DNA of 64,000 bases, taken from positions 14,632,001 through 14,696,000 of the forward strand of contig JBHGNT010000018.1 of assembly GCA_043228905.1 (NCBI GenBank), written 5' to 3'. The notes beneath the pieces are model-generated. The model searched no databases, was not told the origin of the DNA, and saw only the letters and a program-made list of their open reading frames with translations. A program made the position numbers and the translations under genes. The stretch comes from Azolla caroliniana (taxonomy: Eukaryota; Plantae; Polypodiophyta). Positions 25,701-38,018 of this stretch are shown piece by piece. Numbering within the stretch: position 1 is the first letter of the stretch; every line of letters begins with the position of its first letter.

Positions 25701-25862
25701 CTATCTTAGAAGTGCAAGGTTCAAATCTTGCTTGCACCCTTCTATATGCACTTGAATGTCATAAGACCCTAGGCTAATTTTCATATTTATAATCATGTGT
25801 ATAATGTGTGTGGAGCCACACTATTTCACAATTTCTCCCATTGGACAGAGAACATCACGACA
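22754..25862 (-). mobile_element. Non-autonomous gypsy-type LTR element (LTRs 22754-23454 and 25154-25862)
   Basis: Two ~700-bp highly similar TG...CA repeats; perfect tRNA-Trp PBS TTCACGTCGGGTTCACCA (25131-25148); PPT 23455-23466; ACGT TSD on both sides; no RT in the 1.7-kb interior. Confidence 0.9.
23262..23330 (+). other. tRNA-like module in LTR (second copy at ~25669-25738)
   Basis: TAGCTTTAGTGG A-box-like motif; GCAAG-GTTCAAAT-CTTGC hairpin containing a B-box. Confidence 0.6.
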
Positions 25863-26470
25863 ACGTTCTAATAGCCTCTTGGTTTAAACACTGCCGCGAC
25901 CATATTTTGCGTACGGTTTTACGTACCCAGTCTACGTACTGGGTAATGTACCCGTTTACGCACCCAATGTTGAGCTTGTCTCTCAACACTCCCCCTCAAG
26001 CTCAACTTGAGGTTCCATCTGTTTTTCCGAATCTTCGCTCCGGCCTCTCTTGGCTTCACGCCTTATTCGCGCTCCTCGACCCATTCGATTCCGCGCATTT
26101 CGACCCTTCCGGTCGGCTTGTCTGTTCATGTGGCCCTTCTCAACTCCCTTGCTGTCACGGTGTTGGCGCCTCTTTCACTGCCCTTTCCTCCACTTGGCCC
26201 TTAGTTGATTCGTAATGTTCGAATCGAACATTTGGATTAAATCAGATACTTTCGATTCAATTCCACTTTCGCCCGAATTGGCTGTCTCTAATTCATCTTC
26301 TGTTTTCAGGCCCTTGACAACATCAGACCACGTTGTCGGGGTAGTTGTGGTTCGTGCGGCGAAGTCGCAGGGACTAAGGTTAAGGGGAGTTGAAGAAACT
26401 TAACTTTTAATAAGGCTTGTATGGTGATGATAGAATGGTTAAGGATAGTAAGAAGAAAAGTTACGAGTAA

Positions 26471-26513
<43 letters not shown>

Positions 26514-26704
26514 AGCATAGATAAAAGATAGAGACAATGTATGGTTCAAGAAAGAAGATTTAGACAAAGTATGATTCTAGAAAGAAGATTGAGACCAAGT
26601 ATGATTCAAGGAACAAGAGTATATGATATAAACATGATGTTTATTAAAAATATAATATTTTACCAACTTTATAATCCTTGATCACAAGATGAATCTTTTG
26701 AATA

Positions 26705-26770
26705 CCGACCCTTGATTTGAACCCACGACCTCAACTTCGAAACGAGAGGTTCTCCACCCAATGAGCTAGT
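26705..26770 (-). other. tRNA-like module on the minus strand, divergent from 27020
   Basis: Reverse complement reads TAGCTCATTGG...GAGGTCGTGGGTTCAAATC. Confidence 0.6.
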
Positions 26771-27019
26771 CTTCTTTACTTGATTATATTATTTTCTCAC
26801 TCTCTCTTGATTCATTACCTTGTTTTCCCTTTCCCCTCTTTATATAAGTGTTGCCATGCATATGGTAATGTATGGGAGCATGGCATGCATGCAATGCATG
26901 AGTTACATGTAATGCATGATTACCATTTGGCGCACATGCATTGCATGTGATGAATGATGGCTATGTATGAAAATAGATATGGGATAAGTATAATGATGAA
27001 AATGTATTCTAAAATAACT

Positions 27020-27220
27020 AACCTAGCTTAGTGGTGTATGCTTGGTGCTTGGTATACAAGGTTGAGGGTTCAAGTCCCTCAATTTTACTTAATACAATAT
27101 ATAGCTTCATTCTTATATCATGAAGCACATTTATTACACACTTTTACAAATAAATAGCTTAGCCTAGTGGTATGTACATTGTACATCGTATATAAGGATG
27201 TGGGTTCAAGTCTCTCAAAT
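27020..27220 (+). other. Two tandem tRNA-like modules (~136-bp period)
   Basis: TAGCTTAGTGG (27024) with TTGAGGG-TTCAAGT-CCCTCAA hairpin (27062-27082); TAGCCTAGTGG (27160) with GGTTCAAGTC (27203). Confidence 0.65.
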
Positions 27221-30200
27221 ATTATTAAATACAACATTTAAGCTCATTGTTATATCGTGAAGCACATTCTTCATGACAACGTATTGGTCTTGGCCTTTAT
27301 GCCCTTCTTGGCTATATTTCCCTTTTGTTCGGTTGTCTTCGGCTATTTCTTGCGATTACGACCCCTGTTTGCTTCTTCTTCGGCTTCTTTAGCTGTCCCA
27401 AAATCAAATTCTTCATTCGATTCAATATCGCAGTCACTACCACTCCTTTCATGCTCTTATTCCTGTTCCTGTCTACCCCTCGAGTTCGGCATGTCGAGGT
27501 GAGGCAACCCCAGCTCACCTGAGAAATGTTGTAACTTGTTGAGACCAAGGGGCTTGGTGAAGAGGTCGGAACATATGAATGTTCAACTTCACCAGAAAGG
27601 ACACGCTTGCGGATGAAATGATAATGCATCTCAATGTGCTTGGTTTGGGCGTGGAACACAGGGTTCTTCACAAGGTGGATGCTACTGAGGTTGTCGCAAT
27701 AGATCATCGTTGGATCAGACACCTCCACATGCAGATCCCGTAATAGCCGTTTCAACCAGATGATTTCACATTTAGCGACAGTTGCCCCTCGATATTCAGC
27801 CTCTGAGCTCGACAACGCTACTATCGACTGCTTCTTATTGCTCCACGCAATCGGTGCACTTCCCAATCGGAATGTATATCCAGATGTGGATCTATGATCG
27901 TGGGCATTTCCGACCCACTCGGCATATGTGTAGCCGACTAACAGTTTGGCTAGACCTGCACGATACAACAACGCCATGTCTTTCGTGCTGCTGACATATC
28001 GTAATATCCTTTGCGCACACTTAAGGTGTTCGGTCGTGGGCTACGACATAAATTGACTGATCATTCTGACCAGATAGCTGAGGCCCGGCCGAGTGATCGT
28101 CAAGTAGAGGAGGCTTCTAACAATCTATCGAAACCGTGTTAGGTTGTACGCCTTTCCCGAATCTTGGTGAAGCTTTACGTTTCTATCTAGGGGGGTTGAG
28201 ATGGGCTTACAATATGCCATCCCGAATTTGAAGAGCATATTCAACGCGTCATGACGCTGACTGATCAATATGCCTTCTGGGGAACGGATCACTTCGATCC
28301 CGAGGAAGTAATGAAGGTCTCTAAGATCCTTCATTTTGAATGATGCTACAAGCTGAGACTTTACACGGCGGATTTCTTCATGGTCGACACCGGCGATGAC
28401 TAAATCATCAACATAAAGTAAAAGACAAACCGGTCCATGTCGACCTTGCCGAACGAATAAGGAAGAGTCTGATTTGGACGTCGTAAACCCCATTCTACGT
28501 AACCGTTGCGTAATCTTCACATTCCAAGCTCGCAGGGCTTGCTTAAGGACGTATAACTCCTTCTTCAATCGGCAGATTGCCGAGGTGTTCTGTTCAGATA
28601 GAAATCTGGGGGGTTGTACCATGTACACCTGTTCCTCAAGATCGCCTTGTAGGAACACATTTTTTACATCCATCTGATGTAAATGCCACCCCTTCACGGC
28701 TGCTATGGCTAGCAGAGCTCGCATGGTAGTCATCTTCGCGACTGGGGTGAATGTCTCATCATAATCTATGTCGTGCTTTTGTGCGTAGCCTTTCGCAACC
28801 AAACGGGCCTTATATCGATTGACGGAGCCGTCAGTGTTGTATTTCACCTTATACACCCATCTACATCCGATCGGCTTTACACCCTTCGGTGCATCGACTA
28901 GGACCCAAGTCTCATTGTCCGTTAAAGCCCACATTTCTTCTCCATTGCGGCATGCCAATTTGCGTCTTTCGCCGCTTTCTGCGTAGCTCTCTAGCTCATG
29001 CACTTCTGCCACGCGTGTCATGTATGCATAATAATGTGCCATGTACTCATTATACCCATACCTCTTTACGGAGTTCTTTAGGCGGGTAGATCGGCGTAAT
29101 TCATGATTACCTGATTTCATGACCCTTTCGATCGATTTCGACCTCTTCCGCAGAGGTTCCTTTTCGATTGGCCTGAAGTCAGATTCACTCCGATCTGACT
29201 CAGCATTGCCGAAATCGTATTCCTACATTTTTTTCCCCTTTTTCTTTACGCGTAAACTATCTCCTCAGTTCTTTATGCGGGGATAACACAGTAGAGACTC
29301 CACTACTCGCCAGCTCTTCATTTGGTTGACCATCTCGGCTCAACCCCTCATTCGGCCCACTTAGCCGAAATGAGATCGAACTCTCTGTCAGAGCTCTGAT
29401 ATCCTCATTATGCAGAGGCATCTCAGCCTCGCTAACTTCTTCTTCAGAATTTGGAATGGAATCATGAGGTATTGGAGGTGGAGGCAAGTACCACGAAGCG
29501 GATTCGTCGAACACAACATCTCAGCTTACGCAAACTTCCTTCGTTCGGGGGTTATAGCACTTATACCCCTTTTGTTCATCTGAATAGCTGACCAAGATAC
29601 ACTTCTCGGTTTTGGCATCCAACTTCCTCCTTTCTCCTTCGGCACATGCACATACGTAATGCTACCGAAAATCCTCAAGTGTGCCAAGTTCGGCTTCTTG
29701 CCGTAATACAACTCATGTGGTGACACTCCTCCATTAGCAAAGGTCCGATTCTGCAGCTAAACAACTATCTTTACGGCCTCAGCCTAGTAAAATTTCGGCA
29801 TATGCTTCTCTTCAAGCATTGCCCTAGTGGCTTCTTCGATCGTCCGATTCTTCCGCTCGGCTATGCCGTTCTGCTCTAGTGTATATCTACACGAGAATTC
29901 GCGTCGAATTCCTTCCTTCTGTAGATAATTCATGAATTGGTTGGAGAAGTACTCCTTCCCATCATCAGACCGTAGGCACTTGATCTTTCATCTAGTTTCC
30001 CTTTCTGCAAGGCTCTTCATCTTCAGGAACCACGTGAAGACTTCGCTCTTTTTTGCGATCAAGCACACCCAAGTATGCCGAGTTAAGTTATCGATGAAGG
30101 TTACAAAGTAGCGGCTTCTACCGAGACTCACGTTCTGTGACGGTCCCCACACATCCGAATGGATCAAATCCAGCGGATTTCAACTACGATTACGCTCATT

Positions 30201-31327
30201 GGGGAATGGAAGTCGGTGCTACTTCCTGAGTTGGCAAGCTTTGCAGACTTGGCCATTACGGCCCCGAAGTTTCAGCAATCCGAAAACAATGTTCTCCGTC
30301 TGCATTTCACGAAACCGTGGGAAGTTAACATGGCCGAATCACTTGTGCCACAAATTGATGTCCGACTCGACCTTCTATCCTTTCACGAACAACGTGGTTC
30401 CGGCTTGATTGGTGTCGAGGATGAACATCCTCCCTTCATGACGCCCTTGCGCGATAACTTGACCTTCATCTTCGATGTAGCACCCGAAGTGCATGAATCG
30501 AACTTGCAACCTTTGGTCGACGATTTGTCGACAAACACTAGGTTCTTGGTTATTGTCGGGACATGCAACACGTTCATAAGTTTCCCTTTCTGCCCAACTT
30601 GGTTGAGAGGAACTTCTCTGACATGTTCAACGGTATGCGGAGTGTCATCTCCCGTTTCGACCACTCCTCATTTTTTTGGTTTCTCCAAGTACGAGAACCA
30701 TTCCTAATGACTCGTCATATGAATTGATGCTCCAGAATCAACATACCACATCTCTCTCAATTTCGAGGTGTTCACGACCATTGAATTGGCCTTGTGCTTC
30801 ATTACGAAGGCTGGGCCCGATCCATTTATGGCTTGTTCGGAGCCCTCGGCATAGTGTGATTTCTGACGCCTTCCTGCATCTCTTTCCTTGATCCGGCTTT
30901 GTCCGAATCGGCTCTCTTCTTCTAGCACTCGCTCTCCTTGTGGCCTTTCTTGTCACAGTACCAACATTCCATTACGACCTTCTCTTGCTGGCTTTCGACA
31001 CCGCTCTGACTCCCCCAGCTTTCGAAGAGTTCAGAATTGCTTCCAACATTTCGATTATGCCACACATTCTGCTCTTTTCGGTCGCCTCCATTGCACACCG
31101 ATCCGCCACGACTACGGGGCCTATCTTCCTCCGTATACAACATCTTGCTGTCGGTGTGCGTACTCGTTGATGCACCCACGTGATTTTCTCTATGAGCAAC
31201 ATCGACTGAAGCTCGAAGAATGAAGGCGTAATCTCCCTTGTGCAGACCGCCATTCGGAACACTGCGAACTTTGACGCTAACCCACCAAGACACACCTGCA
31301 CCATTTCGTCCTCCTCGACGTTCACGT

Positions 31328-32523
31328 TTTCGTGTGTTTTTTCACACACGATATGAAAATTATGTTAAAATAAATAAATAAATAAATAATGAAATAAGCA
31401 TTTTATATTAGCTTAATGGCTTGTTATAGAAAGATGGATGTACTCAAGAGCTTCAAAATGCATTTTACCACATACAAAATGGACAACTACATATCAAATT
31501 ATGTGAACATGAAGTTTGGGAAGATAGGGAAATAGAACTATGATTTATCCCACATAGATAGGAAACTTAAGGCTCTATCTATATAAGCACATTCAGATCC
31601 CTTATTTTTTATTTGTACTAAGAGCACTTTGGCCACTTTGTCTAGATGGATGATTGTGGCCAAGTTCCCAAAAACTGACTGGCAATAAATTGGAACCGGC
31701 TGAAAAGCAAACCAGAATTGGCCGGTAAGCAAACCGGAACCGACTGGTAATTAAAACGAAACTAGCGAAACCGGCAATCGGATGGAGTCGGAAACTGGGC
31801 AGAATCGGCAACCGGCAACCGGGCGAAGCCGGAAACTGGAAACTGGCGATTGGGTGGAACCGGCGACCGGACGAGGCTAGACGCGGACTAGACGGACTGG
31901 ATGGGCGGCGATCGAGACGAACAGATGATAGGATCATGCGGCTAATTAAAGTAAAGGAAACTAAAGTAAAGGCCATGTGGACGCATGCAACTAAAGTTGG
32001 AGGGCATGCATAAAGTAAAGATCATATGGAAGGCATGAAAAGAAAAAGTGGAGAGATCATGCAACTAAGGTAAAAAAACGCCATGTGGGATGCATGTAAG
32101 GGAAGGGGGAGATTCAAACTGAAGTTCCTTCAGGCAAGTGTATGGGTGAGAGAGAAAAAGGAAGAATCTGAATTTTCTTAGGGGGATCTATCACTCATAA
32201 TTCAAAAAATTTCCATACGGAGAAGGGGATTGAACTCATAAACCATAATCTCTTATCAAGAAAAAAAAAAACCCTAATTTTCTATCGAATCCACGTCTCA
32301 AATTCTTCTAATCTATTACTCTAGCAATCTCCATTAGCTAAACTTTTTGTAATCCCAATCTTGGGATTAATTGTAATCTTTCTTTCTATTTGTGAATGAA
32401 ATTTGTCAATCTTTCTTATTTCGGTTAATTCTTAGTACATAAACACACAAATTTGATATTCTCTAGTCGGAGTCCCCGGGGTCCTGTCTCAAGTTCACGT
32501 ATCCTCGTCGTATTTTCGCGACA
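31328..32523. repeat. Solo LTR-like insertion in copia gag
   Basis: T(T)TCGTG...CGCGACA flanked by ACGT (31324-31327, 32524-32527). Removing it restores the copia gag frame SLASINVNVEE. Confidence 0.8.
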
Positions 32524-33475
32524 ACGTTGATGGAGGCGAGAGAGTTGCATATCTCCTTGATTCAGGCTGTGTAATCGGCCACAGAAAGATCTTTCTATCG
32601 GACATTGCTGAGCTCCTGCCTGAGCATGTAGCTTCCTAACGATTGTGCTAGCGGTGAAAATACTCTTGAGATTCGCCCACGTGTCCTTTGGCGTCTTAGC
32701 ATCCCAAATGTAACTCAAGAGGTGGTCGCTCACACAGGACCCGAAGCAGTAAAGAACACTGCTTGCCGCTTGTTCCCAAGCTGAAAAGTCTCTGTGTGTC
32801 GAATCGGGTGCTGCATCATTAGCTCCATCGACATAACTCCAGTAGCCATGACCATGCAGGTATTGGTGCATCTTGTATGACCAAGACGCGTAGTGGATCC
32901 TATTGAGCTTCTCAGCCGGTAGCGAGCTTCCCATTCTTCTATCCATATTGTTGACTTATACTTTCTGAGAACAACGGCTTAACTATCCTATCGCAAGCTT
33001 ATCTGTCAGCTGCAGAGGAGTCTTGAACCCTCACGCTCTGATAACATGTAAAAGAATACGTTTGCGGAAGCGTATGCGTAAGGATACAGAGAGTACACGG
33101 TTCAGAAGTATGATAGTTCGGTAAAACACAGAAATCACAGGGAAAGAGAGGGAGAGAGAGAGAGAGAGAAGAAACACAAGACTATATTCCAAAATAATTC
33201 TCTATGTTCTCTGTATTACATATTTCGTGCTTAGTAAGCACCTTATATACAAGCCCTGACTATTGGGCTGACACAAGTACTGCCAGTACTTGATCGCTCA
33301 TAGATGAGCCTTCTACACCAACTCCCAAAACTATTCCTTACGAGGAATAATGTTCTAACGGCCTCTTGGTTTAAACACCGCCGTGACCATATTTTGCATA
33401 TCGTTTTACGTAGCCAGTCTACGTCCTGGGTTACGTACCCATTTATGCACCCAATGTTGACGTTGTCTCTCAACA

Positions 33476-35270
33476 TCCTCCAAAGCTTTATATGATGATG
33501 TCATAGGGCAAGCCTATACTACTTCCTCCCATGTTGGAAGGGACAATTTCTTCATCATCACTTCTTGGATCTTCATATATACTTTATGGCTAAAAACCAA
33601 ATAGATAATTGGTCAATCATTGAATCAAATTAAAAAGCCGAAAAAGAAAAACCAATGATTGATACTTACTTTTGAACTTAGTAACCATCTTGTCCAAGCT
33701 CAATTCTTTGGTGGCCAGTCGTGAAAGTACAGATATAAGAAATCTGTCATCTTGAGGTGACTGCCAAGGAAGTAGCTTCATATCTTTGGGCGGCTCCTCG
33801 ATTATGAAGTCACTTTTATGTGACTTTGACTTTATCTCTACTTGAGGATCCACCTTGGCTTTCTTTGACCTTGAACCCTTCGCCTCCTTTTGGTACCACA
33901 TGCTAAATATTTTATCATGTAAATCCCACAGCTCCCCAGTTCTAAAGGCTAGATGAAACCATGAGTCATATTTTCGCAATCCTTCTTAAGGTCAACAACA
34001 ATACCCACCTTTAGTAAACATTGTCTACACAGTCCAACATGAAGCCTAGGACCATATATTTTCAATGCATTGAGGTACTCGTGATGACAAAATCTTATTC
34101 GCTTGACAAAAGACATTTTCTACCTATAATCATTATCATTATTATGGTCCCAAGCTAATATCTTGGCCTCTTCATGAGTTAGACCTACATATACTTTGCA
34201 CTCAGCGTACTTAAGGAATGGGGTCAGAGGATATTCTTTCACAAGTTGACGTTGGGCTTCAGTTGAATGTGATCCTCCAATTACGTAATAAGTATAGTCA
34301 TAAGTTGAACTATACTTAAAATATGTTGTGTTGGGCATTAATAAGAATCAACCATTACAAGAAATGGTACAACAATCACGTGCAGATTAATCTTCATCTT
34401 GATCTTAAAATTTTGCACATGAACTAAATGGGGTTCTCGAATTTCTAAAGGCTGTCTTCGGGTGATAGGATCTATTGGTGACCTTTGAATAGAGTAGATC
34501 AGTAAATGAAATAGTTGGCCTTTACAAACCAACTTGGTGTTTACAATATTTTCTCGTATTCGATTTTGGTCCGATCTCAAAATCCTTGATGACATCTACC
34601 CTCCAGGAGGAACAACTTCAACTTGTTGCTCATCTTCTTCCTCCTCCACGAACTCCATCATGTCGAGTTCATCGTCATCAGGCTTAGCTCTTTTCTTATA
34701 TTTTTTATGTTCCGATTTAGATTTCCGAGATGGTTTTGGAGGTGTCTCTACTTTGGTAATCATCAATTCCCCGGTAACATAAGGGAAAACTGCAATAATC
34801 AAGTTGTTTTTAGGTTGTAGATCTTTGCGTAGGATTTTAGGTTGGCAACAATCAATGATAATGTTGCCTTCATCGACATGAGCATGTTGATTCTAGCCTG
34901 AACTTTACACATACAAAAGCAAAGTGGTCGAGTCACTATCTTCATATTTGACATTGCGAAGTTCTCATACGTGAATGTCTTTCCCGACTTTAACTTGCCC
35001 TTGCTTGTACTGTTTGCAAAAATAACGAGCAACATTAAACTTCATTCTAAATCGACGTAGTGTTTTAACTTTTGTTCTACTTTCTCTTCAAACATCCCAT
35101 TGTTGTTACCCATAGATGACTTGGATGTGCCATCACCACCAGATTAGAAGAGAGTTCTACATAATTTATCCATTAAAAAACTGTCAGAGCCTCTCATTGG
35201 TGGAGAGCAATCAGAGCCCCTCTTAACTAGAGACTTGATCTTCAATTTGAAGCTTGGGACCTTCTGCCTT
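33476..35270 (-). pseudogene. 5' part of cargo gene: ParB/Srx-like domain with acidic and basic linker, decayed
   Basis: 34120-34595 reads IREPHLVHVQNFK...VPFLVMVD...YYVIGGSHSTEAQRQL...CKVYVGLTHEEAKILAWDHNNDNDYR*KMSFVKRI, resembling the ParB Y-I-DG-R-A and EN--R--L motifs. Intron ~33669-33590. The exon frame (YKALE/EFFIVFR) continues across the copia insertion into 22456. The start position is uncertain. Confidence 0.62.
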
Positions 35271-35492
35271 GGCTCACTAAAATAAAAAATGTCTAATATA
35301 AGTGATAGTAGTACGAAAAGAAATCCCTTAACCCCAAGTTTATTGATCATAAAAGAAATTGATAATATGTCATCAACTTCTACTAAAACTTCTCTATTTT
35401 CAGTGGATCCTTTTACACTATCTAATAAATCCTCCTTATTCTCAGTTAATGAATAGAAATATGTACCTAAGAAGGATGGTCAACCTCAACTC

Positions 35493-38018
35493 TTGACTTG
35501 TGATGTTATGCCTAGCTCGAACCTAGTTTTCTTGATCGAGCATGCCAACTCATGTGCAAATATGGATCAGGTTAATACGTCTAGTGATGAGGCTTGCATA
35601 ACTAAACCTCTCATTTTTAAACAAGTTCTCCGTCAAGTTGGTGTCAAGAGATTCAACTTTTTGACTTCGGATCGTCAAACTGTAATAGACACAAACAAGT
35701 CATGCTATGGAAGTCTATGTCTCTCCAAATTTGGCAAAACAAACCTAAAGATATTACGAGAAAAATACTTATCAATCAATGGTGAAGAACAAGATACATT
35801 TTTTATTTCACATATGCAACTATATCTAGATCACATAGTTGTGGCAAATTCAACACATGTTGAATATTACCTTACACTTTCAACTAAGTGTTGTCAAATT
35901 GCTTTCAAGATTGCTTATAGCATTGGTAATACAAGGCTATATCCTATTGAGCAACCTCTAGTAAGGGGATTGTGGGGCCATTCGAAAAGAATATATGTGG
36001 ATCTAATCGTCTCATTGGGTGCCATGCTATTCGGTGGATGGAGATATATTTCTCAAAGCAATGCGATGTTATACCTACAATTGGAAGATTGCATTTGTTA
36101 GATAACTTTACTCGTCATGAGGTGTACATTACATACAATATTGACATTTTAATCGCTTATGGAGGTTGCAATTTAATAATGTCGTTATACCTTGTATGGT
36201 TCGGATGGGTGTTTGTGCAAGTCTAAAAAGCATGGAAAAGATTAGGAGAAATGATGAAGAAATAAAGAATTATAAGAATCTATTGAAAGAACATTGTGAA
36301 AGTCAAACTTTGGAATAGTCAAAAGCTATGCATCACTGACAAAAAGCGTTGCAATCACCGGAAAGTATATGTGCTTGATTATAGATGGCATGAATCAGAA
36401 AAAGACTTGTCTACCTGCACTTTCAAAGGTTGCCCAAGGACATTGGTGATGAGTTCCTTGTCGTATTGTCAATCAATTAGGCCTCAAGTGTTCTTGACTT
36501 ATCCTAATGTCCATGATGATCGGAATCTTACAGTGACAGTCATACAAAGAGTGTTACAGACTTGGCAATGTATCCTCTCGCCAATTCTATACGTCCAATT
36601 GGATAACACGGCTAGAGAAAACAAAAACTCATTTGTTTTCAGTTATTTAAGCCTGCTCGTAGAGAAGGGCATATTTAAGAAGATTAAGTTGAACTTCTTA
36701 TTAGTTGTTCATACCCATGCTCACGTAGATAAGATGTTTAGTAGGTTCTCAAAAACATTAGCTAGATGTGATGCTTTTACTCTCCCAACGCTATCAAAAT
36801 TGATCGTAGAAGCTTATACTCCAAAGCCAGAAGTACAACATTTGAACGAGATGTACGATTTCAAATGATTTTGCATGGATGGTGATGGGACTAAAACTAA
36901 GGTTCTTACCCCACTTAATAATATAAGTTTCAACCACGTCTTCCTCATTAAAATGAGTTCTACGAGTCAAAACATGACATTGTTGTATGCCAAACAATAC
37001 TCATCTAGTTCACAATGGGAGCCACAACATGGTTGTAGGCTCTTATTGCGTTTTCCAAATGCGGAAATCCTTGGTATAGAACAAATGTCGTATGAAGACC
37101 ATAAAAAATTGGCTTCAGGTACTTCGAGTAATGACCAAAAGATAAACTGGATGCGATGCCTCGAAGAAAAATAGAAATATATTGAGTGCACCAAGAAGTA
37201 TGTGGCTGATCAAGATGTTGAATGGTGGGGTACCTTTTTCAATCATCAACACACGATTTTGGAAAACCACCTTGCCAGATATTGGCCGCTCCAACATCCG
37301 TTCACATGGAATATTGGTATAAGATCCTCGGTGCCCACAAGTTATCAACGGTCATTAGAAAATGCCGAAGTTAATAATCTTGTTCGCTCACGACAAAGAG
37401 ATATTTACGTGGGACCAAGAATATCGCGTTCTGCAGAGGCAACATGGCAAGGCAATTTGCAGGAGCTACAAGTTGGTATGTTGGTGGCGACATTAGCTTG
37501 TGGTGATAAGTTAGGCCATCCCTTTTGGATTGCTAAATTTCTTGAAATAATGAAGGATGAACATGGCAAACACGTTAAGTCAATTTTGGTTCATTGGTAT
37601 CACACATCTTCCCCAAATGCATTTGCGGGAAAGTACTCTTTAGAGATGGTTAAGGATGTCGAAGGAATAAGCAAAAAGCGAAAAAGAAAGAATCTATCGA
37701 GCACATCTACTCTTACATTGGATTCGGTAGACATCTTAGTGTATGACTTTTCCTTCACCAAAACAGGACATCTAAGACAGACCACCATCAGGATAATAAA
37801 AGAGAAGACCCCAAATGTGGCTCCCGACACGACACAAATATAAGCGAGGAGCATGTCTCATAATCATGGTGACGTTGGGTTGCAATTGGATGAAGACAAT
37901 GCGTTGGTTGTTAGTGATGATGAGGATGAGACCTGAGTTGGCTCCTCTAATGCATGCATCTGAAGATAGTTTTGAAAACGACGACATATCTTTGAGAAGT
38001 GATACTTCTGATACATGA
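35493..38018 (+). pseudogene. DNA transposase, Sola/DUF7869-like DD(E/D) type, frameshifted
   Basis: Shifted-frame YMCLIIDGMNQKKT (~36365); LYVQLDNTARENKN; FLLVVHTHAHVDKMFSRFS (GHTHxxID-type motif); C-terminal LVA...PFWIAKFLEI...VHWY beta-barrel-like region and acidic tail. Confidence 0.75.

Larger units (their letters stand above)
26334..27278. repeat. Solo LTR of the tRNA-module-bearing gypsy group
   Basis: TGTCG...TGACA termini with ACGT at 26330-26333 and 27279-27282. ATGCAT-rich core like 5860-6000; three tRNA-like modules. Confidence 0.85.
22457..33475 (-). mobile_element. Full-length decayed Ty1/copia (family C2) inserted in the methyltransferase gene; hosts three younger gypsy-type insertions
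   Basis: 5' LTR 33047-33475; degenerate iMet PBS 33035-33046; gag 32425-32946; RT 28125-29120 (LLLYVDDLVIAG); RNase H 27312-27977; PPT 25989-26000; 3' LTR 22457-22753 plus 25863-25988; TSD TCCTT/TCCTC. Confidence 0.92.

Noticed and set aside
27020-27220. Functional tRNA genes
   Set aside because: A/B boxes and T-arms are present, but I found no convincing acceptor or anticodon stems. All copies lie within LTRs, so they are reported as tRNA-like modules only.
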